IMG/VR virus record: IMGVR_UViG_2852309159_000005
Location: 1 to 64,000 of that record
From: an uncultured virus (IMG/VR IMGVR_UViG_2852309159_000005)
Lineage: Duplodnaviria > Heunggongvirae > Uroviricota > Caudoviricetes
Reading direction: 5' to 3' (one strand)
Length of the DNA: 64,000 nt
Position 1 is the first letter of the stretch. Each line of letters opens with the position of its first letter. The notes under the pieces are model-generated. The model saw only the letters and a program-made list of their open reading frames with translations, was not told where the DNA came from and ran no database searches. Positions 44,106-54,172 of this stretch are shown here, in pieces. Both the position numbers and the translations under genes were made by a program.

Positions 44106-47100
44106 TGGGTAAAGGTGGCGGTGGAGGAAGCACTCCGAGGTTGCTCGATGACAACTTAAAAAACAAACAATTTCTTAATGTCATCGATTTAGTTTCAGAA
44201 GGGCCAATAGAAGGCCCTGTAGGTGGTATGTCAGGTTTTCTATTGAATGGAACGCCTGTTGTAGATGAAGATGGTAATCCAAATATTCATGGTGTTGAGG
44301 TTCAGTGGCGAGCAGGAACGCAAACGCAAGAACCATTAGAGGACTTTTCTTTTGTAGAAAAAGAAATCCCTGTCAATGTAGAGGTAAAAAAAAGCACACC
44401 AATTTTACGCACCATTTCAGATCAGGAAACTGACCGCGTTAGATTCACTTTGGGTGTTTCTGCTCTTGTTAGTCAAGATGACAAGGGAAATCAGGACAAT
44501 GCTACGGTAGAAATGCTTATTGAGGTTAATGATGGCTCTGGCTGGGTGCATGCGGAAAAGGTAACAATAGGACCAGGTTAAAATAAGCGGTCAATATCTT
44601 GAGTCTCATATCATCGATGCGCCTAAAAAGAAACCTTTCCAAATTAGAGTCTCACGATTAACAGATGATAGTAAAAGTGATCTGCTGAAAAACGGAACGG
44701 TATGGGCAAGCTACACAGAAATAACTGACGCTAAATTCTCTTACCCTAATTCTGCTGTCGTAGGGATGAAAATCGATAAATCCCAATACGGTGATACACC
44801 CAATCGCACCTATCATATCAAAGGGATGATTATCCAAGTTCCAGATAACTATGATCCCGAGTCCCGTACTTATACAGGCATCTGGACTGGTCGCTTCAAG
44901 CCAGCATGGTCTAATAACCCTGCATGGGTTTTTTACGATTTAGTCACCAATGAACGATACGGTATAGGAGAGATGATCGGCTCGTTTGGTGTTGATAAAT
45001 TCGCGCTATATGCCATTGCTCGTTACTGTGATGAATTGGTTGATGATGGGTTTGGCAACAAAGAGCCTCGCTTTACTTTTAATGCCTACATTACCTCTCA
45101 ACGAAAAGCCAAAGAAGTGCTTGATGACTTAGCGTCTGTATTTCGCGGTATGCCTTTATGGGACGGACAGCAATTAACGTGCTTTCAAGATAGACCATCA
45201 GATCCAGTATGGACGTACACAAACTCAAATGTTATTGATGGCAAATTTAAATACACATCAACAGCGAAATCAGCCCGTCATAATGCTATCGAGGTATCAT
45301 GGATAAACCAGAGTAATGGATGGAGTGAAGAAAGAGAATTTATCCAAGATGATGATCTTATTCAGCGCTTCGGTGGTGTAAATGTTAAGAAAGTTACTGC
45401 TTTTGGTTGCACTAGCCGCGGACAGGCTCACAGAGTGGGTAAATGGATATTACAGACAGAAAAGCTGGAGAAAGATAGCGTTACATTCTCAACAGGAAGA
45501 GAGGGGGTTAACTGCATTTCTGGCGATATTATTGAAGTAGCAGACGATAGCTTTTCAGGAGTGAAGGTAGGAGGTCGGGTTTTATCAGTTAATGGTAGCA
45601 CTATTACTGTTGATGCGCCTATAGATTGGAAATATGACGATAAAGGCACTTTCTCATTTTTAGGGGCATCAGGTGGGTTCGAGAAAGTAGACATTCAATC
45701 TATCGATGGTGATATTGTCACTTTGCGGGAGATACCGAATGGATTGAAACAGTATGGTGTATTTTCCATTTCAAAAAGCACATTAACTACAAGATTATTT
45801 CGTGTAATTTCCATTACTGAGGACAATGAAGGAAATTACCTATACAACTGCATTCAGCATGAACCGCAAAAGGAAAGCATTGTTGATAATGGAGTTGATT
45901 TTACTGGAAACCCGCCAACACAGAATATTATTCGCATTCCTAATATAGAGCGACTTTCCATTGCCTATGTCAATGACAGCTCACAAGTTCAGGCTAGGGC
46001 AATGTGGATGACAACAACCATCAACAGAAATATTTCATTTAATGTCACTCTTTATAAAGACAGTAAGGTTGTATCTACTGGTAATACCACAGATTTAGAG
46101 TACTACTTTAATGGGCTTGAAGCTGGTGACTATCTTGTCGGTGTGAGAGGCAGAGATACTAATGGGATGCTTGGTAATGAATCAAAAGTCCAGATGGTTA
46201 TTGGTACGCCAAGTGCGCCTAGCTCAATAATTGTTGAGTCTGGTTTTTTTGAAATAAAGTTAATCCCTCATATCGCCGCGCCACACACTCTAAATACCGA
46301 GTTTGAGTTCTGGTTTTCTGGTGAAAGAAGAATAGACAATGTTAATGAAATAGAGTCAAAGGCTGATTTCTTAGGTCGCGCTAAGTTTTGGACAAAATGG
46401 CAGTTAAAGCCGGGGCACGATTACTGGTTTTATGTAAGAAGCGTAAATGAATATGGAAAGTCTCATTTTGTGGAGGCTAAGGGGCAAGCTGATGATAACA
46501 CGGAGGCTATTCTCGATGAGTTAGACGGCCAATTCATGACAACAGAGGCAGGTAAACAACTCAGCGAAGAGCTGAAATGGAATACGGAGTCTATTGCTGA
46601 ACTTGTTAATGCCACCTATGAATTATCTACTGATTTACTCGTTAGAGATGGTAATGCGCAGGCTGGTATTACTCAACTACAACAACTCCGAGTTTCTGAT
46701 AATGAAGCATGGGCGCAGGATATTAAGCGTGTATATGCATCTATTGATGAGAATGCCGCTGAGGTTAAACGCGCCCAAAATTCTATTGTGGATTTAAACA
46801 AAGCATTTGCTGAGGATAGAACCAGAGTACAGGCTCGATTTGACGAACAAGAGGGCATGATTGAAGAGAAGATGCAGGCCACGTTTGAGCAATCAGGCGA
46901 CGGTGTTGTGACCCACTCGATTAATATCACCATTAAACACGATGGCGTGAGTTATAACGCAGCAGGGCAAGTAATTAGCGCTCAGGTTAAGAACGGCAAG
47001 CTTGAAAGTTTCATTGGCTATAACGCGAATAACTTTGCTTGGTATAACCCTGTAAATGGCAAGATGGAATTATTCATGTATGCCAAAAATGGGCAGTTGT

Positions 47101-47795
47101 TTATTCGAGACTTATTTATCGAAGATGGCTCTATTACAAATGCAAAAATAGGGAATGTGATTCAATCTAATAATTATTTAAATGGAAGGCCGAGCTGGAT
47201 AATTAATAAAAATGGGTTTGCTGAATTCCAGAATATAAAAGCGAGAGGAGAAATAGAGGCAACTTCTGGACGTTTAAAAAATGTTGTTATTGAAGAAAGT
47301 TGTGACATTCTCGGTAAGCTAAAGGTTGAGAATTTAGAGGGGAATATAGTCACAGTTACTCAGGACGTTTATCACAACCTCTCATTCTCTCATAACAATA
47401 TTGTTGAGTTATTTAAAGTTAAACGCAGAACACAAAAGTGTTTTATATGGGTGCAAGGAGCATTAAATCCTTACGAAAGAATACCCAATAATGGCGTGAA
47501 ACCAGAAAATCGTTCAGCATTTGCATATCGTGCACCGTTTTACAGAAATGGAGCAGGGGCGGCTGATATCTATATTGATGGAGTTATCCAGCCTAGGCCG
47601 AGCATCTACAACATGGAAGACACATCAACATCTGATTTTTATGCTGTAAATGAGTTTGTACTGGAATTAAGTCCGGGTGAAGGAGTTGCAAGTATTGGTA
47701 TAAAAATCCCTCAAGGTGGCAGTGAAACGACACGGTTTATTATGCGAGCCAGAATAATCGTATTCCCAGATAACCAAGACGTTATTTTTAATTAA
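44105..47795 (+). CDS. Central tail tip/host specificity protein J (frameshift near 44578)
   Basis: MGKGGGG...SEGPIEG; WSNNPAW; FGCTSRGQAHR; DGSITNAKIG. Confidence 0.92.
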
Positions 47796-47811
47796 TTAGG
47801 AATTCATAATC

Positions 47812-49227
47812 ATGATATACACAACAGGCACTGTTAGCACGGTGTCAGGGTCTGCTATTGTCTCTGGCACAGGTACTAAATGGACAGTTAATAATCCCGC
47901 TATTCGCTCAGGCACCATTATTTTAATTAAAAATGGTAATGCTAATTTTATTTACATGGTGGATAGAGTTAATAGCGATACAGAATTAGTCATTTCACAG
48001 CCGGCTACATTTACCGTAAAAAACACCAGTTACAGTATTAATCTCACTGAGCCGAACTCATACAGCGACGCTAATAATCGTATGACCGCTATTGCATCAG
48101 ATACGACGTATTTTCTGCGAGCAATGGATCAATGGATGATGAATAACGGTGTAGTGACAGTAGAGCTATCTAACGGGCAAAAAGTAACGTTAGATAGCAT
48201 TAAGAAGATGCAGGGGGATATTGGTAATAAAGCCGATTTATCAGTAATAGCAGAGCAAACGTTTAGGGGAATTATTAATGCGTCTAGAGTTTGTGCTCAA
48301 CAAAATGATTATAAATATATGTTGGGAGTACGGGGAGGGCAGGCATTTCTAGATTACTGGGATGGTAAACAGTGGACTGGTGAAGTATTACACCCACAAA
48401 GACCCGGTATGATGATGCTGGTTAATGATTATGGTATGAATACTTCAGGAAACATAGAGGTAGTAGACTTCAATAACTTAAAAGGGTTTGGTTGGCATAA
48501 TCAGCCTGCGACAACGGAGGCTGGTAAGAGTTTAAATCACCCAACGAAACGGGCGGGTAATTTAACTGTTTGGCGTGGCGCTGGTCAATCATCATGCATA
48601 CAACACTGGATGGATTACTATACTGCTGAGGCACTATCTCGTACCTATTACTCATATGAGGATAGGTGGAGTCGGTGGTATAAAACATATGGGGAACAAA
48701 ATACAACAGTTGATCCCCAAGGATTCATAAAAAAAGCTTCCCCGATAGTTAACATCAATCCCGACGGCACATTCACCACTAACGATGAATCAGAAGGCGC
48801 TACAGTTACTCGAGTGGCCCAGGGTGAATATCTTATCGAAGGCGTGCTCGGCTTTAACTCAGATGCAGGTTGGGGTGGTGTTGATGGTGGTATTGAAATT
48901 CCACTTGATGTTAATAAACAGCCGTTGATATGGGTAGACTCTAAAGTTATGGAGGACGGTTCTATCCTCGTGAGAACGTATCATCGCACTCACCCTAACG
49001 CACCTGAGTTTGCCCGTAATGATATTGATGGTTACAAAGACGGCGACCCAATTGATATCCCTGATGGTCGCTTTATTTCCGTTCGTGTACAAATGCCAGA
49101 GCAATCAATCTATAACGTGAGAATGCGTGAGATGGAAGAGGCGCAGAAAGCGGAAGAGGAACGCAGGAAAAAAGAAGAGGAGATGAAAGAGCAATACGGG
49201 CTGGGTGAAAATGACGCATTGCTATAA
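47812..49227 (+). CDS. Side tail fibre
   Basis: MIYTTGTVS N-terminus; knob-like middle; TTVDPQGFIKKASP C-domain. Confidence 0.8.
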   Translation: MIYTTGTVSTVSGSAIVSGTGTKWTVNNPAIRSGTIILIKNGNANFIYMVDRVNSDTELVISQPATFTVKNTSYSINLTEPNSYSDANNRMTAIASDTTYFLRAMDQWMMNNGVVTVELSNGQKVTLDSIKKMQGDIGNKADLSVIAEQTFRGIINASRVCAQQNDYKYMLGVRGGQAFLDYWDGKQWTGEVLHPQRPGMMMLVNDYGMNTSGNIEVVDFNNLKGFGWHNQPATTEAGKSLNHPTKRAGNLTVWRGAGQSSCIQHWMDYYTAEALSRTYYSYEDRWSRWYKTYGEQNTTVDPQGFIKKASPIVNINPDGTFTTNDESEGATVTRVAQGEYLIEGVLGFNSDAGWGGVDGGIEIPLDVNKQPLIWVDSKVMEDGSILVRTYHRTHPNAPEFARNDIDGYKDGDPIDIPDGRFISVRVQMPEQSIYNVRMREMEEAQKAEEERRKKEEEMKEQYGLGENDALL

Positions 49228-49231
49228 TTAA

Positions 49232-49463
49232 TTATTCTGTCTTCAAATACTGCACAGAATTCGCATCTGGAAACTTCTTACTTCTCTCACGATAAAAACG
49301 CTAATCGTTCATTAAAGTACGCTCTCAAATGTGCTGGTTGTTGTCGTTCAACTTCTGAGGCAACAACTGGCATATTGAGGCGTTCTTTATATGCGACACC
49401 ACTTGCGGCTAAATCGACATTGATTTTGTCTTTTTCTTCTTGAGTTAGGTTTGCGATGTTCAT
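49232..49463 (-). CDS. holE: DNA polymerase III theta subunit homolog (extra T near 49295 truncates the ORF)
   Basis: [22 protein letters not shown]...QPAHLR closely resembles HolE. Confidence 0.88.
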
Positions 49464-49636
49464 AACAGGTCCGGTTAGTTTTTGGAGAGTATAGCAGGGT
49501 GTGGAATTAATGGGACGATTTTGGGACAAGCAACATGAAGCAGCATAAGGCAACTTCAAGTAACTTTAGGTAAGGTGGGACGTGTGAACGCTTGGTGAGA
49601 CTGTATTTAGTTGATATTAAAGCATAATTCTACGCT

Positions 49637-49681
49637 CTTCTAAGCCGTAGGTCACAGGTTCGAATCCTGTAGGGCGTACCA
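49637..49681 (+). other. 3' half of tRNA-Arg(UCU): prophage attR core and probable satellite attL
   Basis: CTTCTAAGCCGTAGGTCACAGGTTCGAATCCTGTAGGGCGTACCA gives anticodon loop, T-arm and CCA; the 5' half is absent. Confidence 0.88.
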
Positions 49682-49795
49682 TTCTCAAGTATTTCAACGT
49701 CTACAACAGTCCATAAAAACCCTTATAAAATCAGCTATCACAAGAATTCCTAGTATTTCAAGGTCTAGTTACATCTATTGAAATCTACATATATG

Positions 49796-49816
49796 TGGGG
49801 GCATAATTGGGGGCAT
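49796..49816 (+). promoter_or_regulatory. P4-type integrase arm sites TGGGGGCAT x2
   Basis: tgggggcataattgggggcat upstream of int; inverted copy at ~49839. Confidence 0.65.
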
Positions 49817-49847
49817 TACCCCGTTCAATGAAAATTGGTGCCCCCAG

Positions 49848-51059
49848 ATGAAGCTAACAGCCAGACAAGTAGAGACTTCCAAGCCAAAAGAGAAAGCTTA
49901 TAAACTTTCTGACGGTGGGGGCATGTATTTAGAAGTTGCTCCGAATGGTTCTAAGTATTGGCGTATGAAATATAGATATGCTGGTAAAGAGAAAAGGCTG
50001 GCTTTAGGTGTATACCCATCAATATCACTCGCACAAGCTAGGGCGAAGAGAGAAGAAGCCAAGCGCATATTAGCGTTAGGTGATGATCCATCTTTAGTGA
50101 AGAAAGCAGAAAAGAGAGAGAAAGAATCTCAAGTAAATAATAGCTTTGAAAAAATCACGCTTGAATGGCATGACTATAAAAAGCCGAATTGGTCAAAAGG
50201 TTATGCGGATGATTTACTAGAAGCCTTCCAGAAAGATATCTTTCCTTATATTGGTAAAGTTAGCATTACGGAAATTAAACCGTTAGATATGTTAGAAGTG
50301 CTTCGGAAGTTAGAAAAACGCGGCGTGTTGGATAAACTTAAAAAGATAAGGCAGGCATGTAACCAAGTATTCCGCTATGCAATTGTGACAGGACGGGCCG
50401 AGTATAATCCTGCATCAGAATTAGCCGGCGCACTGTCTACTCCAAAAGCTAAGCATTTTCCTCACTTAAATGTGAATGAGTTACCTGAGTTTTTACAGGC
50501 ACTATCTGTATGTAGTGGAAGTAAGATCACTCAGATTGCGACAAAGCTATTAATGATAACAGGCGTTCGTACTATTGAGCTTAGAGCGGCTGAATGGTCA
50601 GAAATTGATTTTGATAAAGCTATTTGGGAAATTCCAAAAGAACGTATGAAAATGCGTCGCCCTCACATGGTGCCATTATCTACACAGGCCTTAGAATTAT
50701 TCAAAGAAATACAAACCATAACAGGAAAGTTTAAGTATATCTTTCATGGTAGGAATGATGCTTCTAAGCCAATGAGTGAAGCGGCCATAAATCAGGTTAT
50801 CAAGCGTATTGGTTATGATGGTAGAGCCACAGGTCACGGATTCAGACATACAATGAGCACCATCCTACACGAGCAAGGCTATAACACTGCATGGATTGAG
50901 ACACAACTTGCACACGTTGATAAAAACTCTATTCGTGGAACGTATAACCATGCTCAGTATATTGATGGCCGTAGAGAAATGCTTCAATGGTACGCTGATT
51001 ATATGGATACTTTAGAGAACGGGGATAATGTTGTGCACGGTAACTTTAAACGTGCTTAA
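49848..51059 (+). CDS. int: P4/CP4-57 IntA-family integrase
   Basis: YKLSDGGGMYLEV...GSKYWRMKYR; TGVRTIE; HGFRH; YNHAQY. Confidence 0.95.
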   Translation: MKLTARQVETSKPKEKAYKLSDGGGMYLEVAPNGSKYWRMKYRYAGKEKRLALGVYPSISLAQARAKREEAKRILALGDDPSLVKKAEKREKESQVNNSFEKITLEWHDYKKPNWSKGYADDLLEAFQKDIFPYIGKVSITEIKPLDMLEVLRKLEKRGVLDKLKKIRQACNQVFRYAIVTGRAEYNPASELAGALSTPKAKHFPHLNVNELPEFLQALSVCSGSKITQIATKLLMITGVRTIELRAAEWSEIDFDKAIWEIPKERMKMRRPHMVPLSTQALELFKEIQTITGKFKYIFHGRNDASKPMSEAAINQVIKRIGYDGRATGHGFRHTMSTILHEQGYNTAWIETQLAHVDKNSIRGTYNHAQYIDGRREMLQWYADYMDTLENGDNVVHGNFKRA

Positions 51060-51270
51060 CCCACCAGCAGACACATACAGAACCAGACTTTTAAAGGTCT
51101 AGTTTTTTGTACCGAGAAAGGGTATCAATAATATTTAATCATTAAATGTATGATGTGGCTGAATTCTAACTAAGATGAGAAAAATCTTAATATACGCTTA
51201 AGAGTACACTCTAGTAGACGACAATAGACTATGCGAAGATGTGATAAATAAAACTGTTCGTTTCTTAAGC

Positions 51271-51298
51271 TTGACTGTTCATTATTACAGTATAATAT
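51271..51298 (+). promoter_or_regulatory. Sigma70-like promoter overlapped by a LexA box CTGTTCATTATTACAG (51275-51290)
   Basis: TTGACT...TATAAT/TAATAT; exact CTGT-N8-ACAG core. Confidence 0.75.
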
Positions 51299-51332
51299 AC
51301 CTAGTAGTACCGCAGTAGATCATTGTGGACTT

Positions 51333-51965
51333 TGTTCTTTAACATCTTTGCGCTGAAAAAGTGCGCTATGTTCTTTAACAACGATGATAGCGAGTTGTGT
51401 ATTCGCTATCAGAATGGAGTCGCTGATAAAGCGTCCAATGCTCTTTGACAAATTCAGGTATTCCCAGAGTAAATTCTCAGGGGCAATCTGTCACGGTGGC
51501 GCTCTTGAAGCGCTGATATATGAAGTTTTATCTGATTAGTGGTAGAACGTATTTGTAATAAATACAGGACGCTCAGAGGAACTTCTCCGAGCATATAAGT
51601 TTTATTGATAATCTTTATATTAGATTATCAGCTCTTTAAAATATGGATTCCCCCTTAGGTTGTCTTGAGGGGGGCTAATGATAACCTCATTAGTATGTTG
51701 ATGACTTCTCAACATAAATAATATTTGTACGGATAGCTACTTGCTCTTTAAAAATGACCTGCGCTCCTTGCAAACGGGAGCTTTTAGTAAGCAATTTAAT
51801 GCTATTGTTATGTTTACTAAATATATGTATTTCAGGTCGTTAATAGCAATTCGTTAATCTGACTATTCAAATTAGTGATTGTTCTTTGAAATTTTAATGC
51901 TCTGCCTTTGTGGAGTATAGCTGTAGTTCTGTTCTTTTATAATCAATAGCACATGCATCGTGTGC
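51333..51965 (+). promoter_or_regulatory. Tandem array of boxA elements and boxB-like hairpins (nut-like array)
   Basis: boxA-like 12-mers at 51333, 51369, 51439, 51630, 51742, 51880 and 51930, each followed by a hairpin. Confidence 0.8.
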
Positions 51966-52061
51966 ACAAAGTTAATTAATTGTTGAGAATATTTCCTCTT
52001 AAACAGTAAATTTTCTCTTCTATTAAAATATCTAAAATATAAACCTGAATAATGCGTTATT

Positions 52062-52091
52062 AACCTTATACATTTATGTATAGGGTTTTTT
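52062..52091 (+). terminator. Intrinsic terminator just upstream of alpA
   Basis: AACCTTATACA-TTTA-TGTATAGGGTT followed by a T-run. Confidence 0.7.
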
Positions 52092-52126
52092 CGCATGTCT
52101 TTTCATATCACATTAAGGAAAATACT

Positions 52127-52324
52127 ATGAATAATCTGATTAGGCTTTCAGAGGTTTTGCGACGCACAGGTTACAGCAAAGCTTGGATTTATAGATTAAT
52201 TAAAGAAAATGACTTTCCTAAACAAGTTAAAATAGGAGCCCGTTCTATTGCTTTCGTTGAGTCGGAAGTCGATGAATGGATCGCTAATAAGATTGCTGAA
52301 TCACGTTCTGGTGAGGTGGCATAA
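52127..52324 (+). CDS. alpA: AlpA-family regulator/excisionase
   Basis: LIRLSEVLRRTGYSKAWIYRLI...FPKQVKIGARSIAFVESEVDEWI. Confidence 0.95.
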   Translation: MNNLIRLSEVLRRTGYSKAWIYRLIKENDFPKQVKIGARSIAFVESEVDEWIANKIAESRSGEVA

Positions 52325-52719
52325 TGGAAAAGAAAAACCACCCATTACAGGTGGCTTCTCAGAATAACGTAGCGTCGTCTATTCTACCAAAGAACCCACC
52401 TAAAAAACACCGTGCCCGTTTATATATGTTAGGTACTGGCATTAATGGTTTTACGGAGAATGAAATATTAATTCATTGCCGTTTATCGTCAGGCCGTAAT
52501 TACCCGAATGAATTAGAGCGTTTATTGAATATCGAACTAGAACGCATTGATGAGCCTAATCCTGATGGTATCGGATCACATTATCGTTACCGCTTTAAAA
52601 CGGCTCAAGATGTGCAGAAGGTTATTGACTTAATAAATAAACGTGCTGAACAAGGTAATTACCAACCCATAGATAACGCACTCATAAATAATATTTTAAG
52701 CCTGTACCCGACCGAATAA
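52324..52719 (+). CDS. Hypothetical satellite protein, possible winged helix
   Basis: Coupled to alpA. Confidence 0.65.
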   Translation: MEKKNHPLQVASQNNVASSILPKNPPKKHRARLYMLGTGINGFTENEILIHCRLSSGRNYPNELERLLNIELERIDEPNPDGIGSHYRYRFKTAQDVQKVIDLINKRAEQGNYQPIDNALINNILSLYPTE

Positions 52720-52733
52720 CGGAGTAATAAATA

Positions 52734-53429
52734 ATGAAACTGAAAAATAACAGCTTAAGTGCTGGTGGATTCGCTCACCCTGAAATCAGCCAAGATCCTA
52801 TTTTAATTCAACACAAAACTGAGCCGAGAATAGATAGTCGCTTGTTTGCTAAGCGAGCTGGATTACAACATCGTAGCCTATACAAATTAATTAAAAATAA
52901 CATTAAGCAACTAAGAGAGTTCGGATCACTGCCGTCATTTGAAATCGCAGCAGTGAAAGAAACGGGCGCACGAGGAATTAAGCACAACCGTTATTATCTG
53001 CTTAATGAAAGCCAATTTGATTTTATGTGCCGTATTGTTCGCGGTCGTAATCATGAGCAGATGACGCAATTCAAGCTGGACGTTACCAAAGCATTCAGCA
53101 AGAAACGCGCCGCTGAACCTATCCGCCGTGAATATTTGCCACATTACCATGAGTCACGCGACGCACTCAGAGACTTAGGCGCAGAGAAACATCATTACAT
53201 CAATTTAGCCCGTACAGAGAACCGATTAACAGGCTTACTCACTGGCGAACGCGCCAGCGCAGACGAGCAACAATTAGGTTTATTGGTCTGTATGCAGAAA
53301 ATCGAACGGGCAGCATTTCAAGATGCGATTGATTCGGGCTTATCGGCTACTCAGGCATTGCGAGAGGTTAGCAAACGCATTGAGCAGTTCGCTAGTTTAA
53401 TGAGTCCTACGGTGCGAATTGGTGGCTAA
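52734..53429 (+). CDS. Rha-family regulator
   Basis: EPRIDSRLFA...YYLLNESQ...FKLDVTKAF. Confidence 0.8.
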   Translation: MKLKNNSLSAGGFAHPEISQDPILIQHKTEPRIDSRLFAKRAGLQHRSLYKLIKNNIKQLREFGSLPSFEIAAVKETGARGIKHNRYYLLNESQFDFMCRIVRGRNHEQMTQFKLDVTKAFSKKRAAEPIRREYLPHYHESRDALRDLGAEKHHYINLARTENRLTGLLTGERASADEQQLGLLVCMQKIERAAFQDAIDSGLSATQALREVSKRIEQFASLMSPTVRIGG

Positions 53430-54034
53430 TATGATGAATATCGCAGCTAATGCCTACCAAGTGAATGATTCCCTACTGGCAGGTAATAACGTAAGTTCAA
53501 CTTACACCACGACTAATACGGTAGCTTTAAACTATGGTATTACGGGCAGTCAATCAGCGAAAATTTACGCCAATCAATCAATCCTAACCACCGTTGGAGG
53601 ATGGGATAACAGCGATAACCTAAAAACGTGGAGAATTTACACCATTTATTAAAGGTGATTTTTCTCACCTTTCTAAAGTCGGAAAATCTCGCTATTTATC
53701 GAGTGAAATTGAGTTTTTTGAGTCCATAAAAAAGGGCAGCCAATCGGCTACCCTTGGAAACGTCGATATTAAATACCGAGCAAGTGAGAACTATAAGAAT
53801 AGTATTCATCTTGTTATCGGTAAAGATGACAACCTTGAGTTAATACAAAAATGTGCAATACATCACTTGCACTTATGGGTAATTGTTGGCTATAGTGATC
53901 AGGCACTAGCAAAATCTAGTGTCAGAATTGGCGTTCTGAATCAGTTACTGGCGACACATGACGCGCCTTGCGTCTTTTTTTGTGTCCATGCCTACGCACA
54001 CCCATTAAATGCGGTATTATATCGCGCTGAATCT

Positions 54035-54114
54035 ATGGTGGCGGCAGCAGAGCAACCGAAAGGTTGGCTGGATTCCAGTAACTCCAGTAACGCCAACTCT
54101 ACTGTCGTCACCAC
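54035..54114 (+). ncRNA. C4/P4 CI-type antisense immunity RNA
   Basis: Long outer stem with a GAAA-tetraloop hairpin; CCAGTAAC and AACGCCAA are complementary to GTTACTGG/TTGGCGTT found upstream (53928-53951) and downstream (54123-54161); PLE-like promoter TTGCAC..TATAGT at 53867-53896. Confidence 0.8.
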
Positions 54115-54172
54115 CCCCGAAATTGGCGTTTCAAGTGGTGACTCCTTAACTAAGTTACTGGAGATCATCGTT

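Larger units (their letters stand above)
1..49681. mobile_element. Lambdoid siphoprophage integrated at tRNA-Arg(UCU); left end (attL) lies just outside the window
   Basis: Canonical gene order int-xis-recombination-N-cI-cro-cII-O-DnaB-nin-Q-lysis-terminase-head-tail-fibre, ending at a 3'-half tRNA copy. Confidence 0.95.

Noticed and set aside
47812..49600. Tail-fibre diversification system (invertase shufflon or DGR)
   Set aside because: No invertase, reverse transcriptase, inverted cassette or template repeat seen
49600..49681. Intact tRNA-Arg gene
   Set aside because: The acceptor 5' strand and D-arm are missing; only the anticodon loop to CCA is present
51333..51965. CRISPR array or rRNA leader as the explanation for the repeated GYTCTTTRAMA motif
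   Set aside because: Repeats are only ~12 nt, degenerate and irregularly spaced, with no cas genes; no rRNA follows
51872..52126. ORF 51872-52096 (-) and the N-terminal extension of alpA from 52076
   Set aside because: No recognisable motif; they overlap the boxA and terminator elements; alpA has a good RBS at ATG 52127
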